A DNA stretch of 64,000 bases, from contig LCGL01000001.1 in assembly GCA_000999715.1 (NCBI GenBank), positions 323,139-387,138 on the forward strand, written 5' to 3'. The stretch comes from Candidatus Falkowbacteria bacterium GW2011_GWF2_43_32. GTDB taxonomy: Bacteria > Patescibacteriota > Patescibacteriia > Patescibacteriales > UBA12465. The stretch's first letter is position 1; each line of letters opens with the position of its first letter. A program made the position numbers and the translations under genes. Shown in pieces: positions 61,377 to 64,000 of this stretch. The notes under the pieces were generated by a model. That model saw only the letters and a program-made list of their open reading frames with translations. It did not search any database and had not been told where the DNA came from.

Positions 61377-62172
61377 GAGGATTAAAAATTATGGCGACAG
61401 AAAAAATAATTATGGCCAAACTGATGATTTGCGGCCAGCGCAACCCAAGCCAAGAGGGCGTGGCGTCGATTCTGATAAATTCCAAAGAGAATCTTAATAT
61501 GGAATATAATATCATATAAAGAGCCGTTAACCAAACATAGCGGCGCTCGTTTAATTTTTGACGACGAATCAGATAAACGTTGGCCGCCAGCAAGATTGAG
61601 CCGATCGCCAAACAGCCGAGGCTTTCGTATAAAAAGGTGGGGTGGAAAAAACGATTGGCAATATATTCCGCCGGACGGTTAAGCGGATTGACGGGAATGC
61701 CCCAGGGAAGATTTGTGGGACGGCCGAATAATTCCTGGTTAAAATAATTTCCCCAGCGGCCGATGGCTTGAGCGAAGGCTAAGCCGGGAACAATCAGAGC
61801 GCTCAGTTTCCAGAAATTTATTTTTTGGCGACGGGAGAAAAAATAAATGATTAGCAAACCGGCGATGATGCCGCCGTGAATGGCCAGCCCGCCTTTCCAA
61901 ATCGCCAGAGTTTGCCAAGGATGCTGAAAGTAGTAGGGTAAATTTAAGCCGATGTCGTATAAGCGTGCGCCCAGCAGTCCGCCGATAATCAACCAAAAAG
62001 ACAAATCAAAAATCGTTTCTCTTCTTAGGTGATAATATTTGGCCAAATGGAAAGTTAACGATAAAGCGACTATCATGCCCAGGACAACAAAAAACCCGTA
62101 CCAGTAAACGGTTAGCGGGCCGAAAGAAAATAAAATCGGTTGGGGAGAAAAATAATGAAGAAAATTAAACAT
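61354..62172 (-). CDS. lgt: prolipoprotein diacylglyceryl transferase
   Basis: The Lgt motifs are present (YG....LG, GGLGARLY, GG...HGG..G, RWGN..N.E..G). I trimmed the start to the ATG at 62172 because the track's N-terminal extension overlaps tRNA-Leu. Confidence 0.85.
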   Translation of the reverse strand: MFNFLHYFSPQPILFSFGPLTVYWYGFFVVLGMIVALSLTFHLAKYYHLRRETIFDLSFWLIIGGLLGARLYDIGLNLPYYFQHPWQTLAIWKGGLAIHGGIIAGLLIIYFFSRRQKINFWKLSALIVPGLAFAQAIGRWGNYFNQELFGRPTNLPWGIPVNPLNRPAEYIANRFFHPTFLYESLGCLAIGSILLAANVYLIRRQKLNERRYVWLTALYMILYSILRFSLEFIRIDATPSWLGLRWPQIISLAIIIFSVAIIFNPHVFYKKN

Positions 62173-62181
62173 AAATTCGGT

Positions 62182-62262
62182 GCGGACGGAGAGACTCGAA
62201 CTCTCAAGGGTTGCCCCGTTTGGTCCTAAGCCAAGTGCGTCTACCAATTTCGCCACGTCCGC
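62182..62262 (-). tRNA. tRNA-Leu (anticodon UAG), long variable arm
   Basis: GCGGACG-TG-GCGAAATTGGTAGACGC... closely resembles E. coli leuW. The anticodon loop is CTTAGGA, the variable arm is CGGGGCAACCCTTG, and the T-loop is TTCGAGT. Confidence 0.8.
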
Positions 62263-62382
62263 CAAGCGACGCTCATCAAGCGTCCATTTTTATCTTAAAC
62301 AATTATTCTTATAAAGTAAAGTTTGTGTTATAATGAGAATGATTAAAATTGTTGTAATAAATTTTCATATTTTTATAAATTT

Positions 62383-64000
62383 ATGTCCAAGAATAAATTC
62401 ATTCAGTTTTTCAGCGAGCTCTCCATTAAAGATGTGCCGCGAGTCGGCGGAAAAAATGCTTCCCTGGGAGAAATGTACAGGCATCTGGCTAAATACGGGA
62501 TTAGAGTGCCTAACGGTTTTGCCACCACCGCCTATGCTTATGATCATTTTTTGGAAGCGACCGGCTTGAAGAAAAAAATCAAGGAAATTTTGACCGGCTT
62601 GAATACTCATGACGTTAACGATTTGGGAAAACGCGGTGCGGAAATCAGAAAATTAATCGTTGCCGCCAGTTTTCCGACGGATTTTACCAAAGAAATTACG
62701 ACAGCTTATAGAAAATTGTCGGCCGGTTATAAAGCTAAAAATGTGGACGTGGCCGTTCGTTCCAGCGCGACCGCCGAAGATTTGCCTGACGCTTCTTTCG
62801 CCGGACAGCAGGAAACTTTTTTAAATATCAGCGGCGAGAAAGACTTGTTGCTGGCCGTTAAAAAATGTATTGCCTCGCTGTTTACCAATCGCGCCATTTC
62901 TTATCGCGTCGACAAAAAATTCGATCATTTTTCCATCGCTCTTTCGGTGGGCGTTCAGAGAATGGTACGCGCCGATCTCGGTTCTTCCGGCGTCGCCTTT
63001 ACGATTGACACGGAGTCCGGTTTTAAAGACATCGTTTTAATCAATTCTATTTTCGGACTGGGCGAAAATATCGTTCAGGGGCACGTTAATCCGGACGAAT
63101 ATTATGTTTTTAAGCCGACCGGAAAAATTATTTCTAAAACTATCGCTAAAAAGCAGATTAAAATGGTTTATAATTCGCGCGGTCTGCGTCCGGTCAAAAA
63201 TATCGCCTTGTCGCCGGCTGAGCAAATAAAACCGGCTCTCAGCGATAAGCATGTTTTGCAATTGGCTCGCTGGGCGATGATTATCGAAAAGCATTATCGG
63301 AAACCGATGGATATTGAATTCGCCGTAGACGGGCGAACCAATGAATTATATATCATTCAAGCTCGTCCGGAGACGGTTCAGAGTATTAAAGACTGGAAAA
63401 TAATCGAGCGCTATCGCTTAATGAAAAAAGGAAAAATCATCGTTTCCGGTCAAAGCGTCGGCAGTAAGATCGGTGCCGGAACGGCCAATCGTATTATGGG
63501 CGTTAAAGATATCGACACGTTCAAGCCCGGTCAAGTGTTGGTCACCGATATGACGGATCCGGATTGGGAGCCGATTATGAAAATCGCTTCCGCCATTGTG
63601 GCCGATAAAGGCGGTCGGACCTGTCATGCCGCCATTGTTTCTCGCGAATTGGGGATTCCCTGCGTTGTCGGAACGCAAAATGCTTCCACGAAGATTAAAT
63701 CCGGTCGCGAGATTACCGTCAGTTGCGCCGAAGGGGACGAGGGAGAAGTTTATGAGGGCAAATTGCCGTTTAAAATAGAGAAGACCAACATTAAAAATTT
63801 TCCGCGGCCGCGAACCAAAATCATGATGAATGTCGCCGAGCCGGATTTGGCTTTGACCAATTCTTTTATTCCCAATGACGGCGTCGGGTTGGCGCGCCTG
63901 GAATTCATTATCAATAATTACATTAAGATTCATCCTTTAGCTTTGGTAAATTACAGCCGTTTGAAAGATCGCGCCGTCAAGAAACAGATTGATAAGCTGA
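62383..64000 (+). CDS. ppsA: phosphoenolpyruvate synthase (PEP/pyruvate-binding, phosphohistidine and PEP-utilising domains), 3'-truncated by the window end
   Basis: Own translation from the ATG at 62383: MSKNKFIQFFSELSIKDVPRVGGKNASLGEMYRHLAKYGIRVPNGFATTAYAYDHFL... Later it has the phosphohistidine motif GGRTCHAAIVSRELGIP. It is missing from the ORF track because there is no stop codon in the window. Confidence 0.9.
   Translation, partial: MSKNKFIQFFSELSIKDVPRVGGKNASLGEMYRHLAKYGIRVPNGFATTAYAYDHFLEATGLKKKIKEILTGLNTHDVNDLGKRGAEIRKLIVAASFPTDFTKEITTAYRKLSAGYKAKNVDVAVRSSATAEDLPDASFAGQQETFLNISGEKDLLLAVKKCIASLFTNRAISYRVDKKFDHFSIALSVGVQRMVRADLGSSGVAFTIDTESGFKDIVLINSIFGLGENIVQGHVNPDEYYVFKPTGKIISKTIAKKQIKMVYNSRGLRPVKNIALSPAEQIKPALSDKHVLQLARWAMIIEKHYRKPMDIEFAVDGRTNELYIIQARPETVQSIKDWKIIERYRLMKKGKIIVSGQSVGSKIGAGTANRIMGVKDIDTFKPGQVLVTDMTDPDWEPIMKIASAIVADKGGRTCHAAIVSRELGIPCVVGTQNASTKIKSGREITVSCAEGDEGEVYEGKLPFKIEKTNIKNFPRPRTKIMMNVAEPDLALTNSFIPNDGVGLARLEFIINNYIKIHPLALVNYSRLKDRAVKKQIDKL

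Noticed and set aside
62173-62265. N-terminal 31-aa extension of the lgt ORF in the track (MADVAKLVDALGLGPNG...)
   Set aside because: This part is the translation of tRNA-Leu(UAG). The real lgt start is the ATG at 62172 (MFNFLHYF...).

Overview
This window looks like a compact, moderately AT-rich bacterial chromosome segment. It contains the replication-origin neighbourhood (rpmH-rnpA-yidD-yidC diverging from dnaA-dnaN, with DnaA boxes) and many housekeeping genes: PBP1A, valS, pheS/pheT, trpS, infC-rpmI-rplT-secG, topA, dprA, pth, der, rnj, trxB, lgt, ppsA and a DEAD-box helicase. It also carries 11 tRNA genes, a tmRNA-like RNA, and a stand-alone 16S rRNA gene of about 1.41 kb with no adjacent 23S/5S. 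Most genes lack a Shine-Dalgarno sequence. Together these features suggest a small-genome Patescibacteria/CPR-like organism, but that is inference only.

I saw no integrase, transposase, CRISPR array or recognisable defence gene. Four things stand out:

1. **ORF-poor array (4307-6838).** This AT-rich block next to tRNA-His holds six same-strand mini transcription units. Five have near-consensus promoters and intrinsic terminators. They carry two roughly 230-255 nt non-coding RNAs, two roughly 50-aa two-TM peptides, a 33-aa basic peptide and an SMR-like gene. A conserved module of about 55-64 nt occurs four times between them.
2. **Repeated tRNA trailer architecture.** Four tRNA genes (His, Ala-CGC, Ala-GGC, Gly-UCC) are each followed by the same five parts: a hairpin, an inverted copy of the tRNA's own T-arm, a GC-rich spacer with an AGCGAGCG-type core, and a perfect 17-22 bp repeat of the tRNA's own 3' end.
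3. **Surface-display block.** A 4.5-kb block encodes a sortase, an LPXTG protein and a collagen-like protein, and is bracketed by a 44-bp direct repeat.
4. **Orphan RNA candidates.** One has three DnaA-box-like sites immediately upstream of its promoter. There is also a tRNA-Ile with a UAU anticodon.

All calls come from reading the sequence by eye. No database search or folding program was run.
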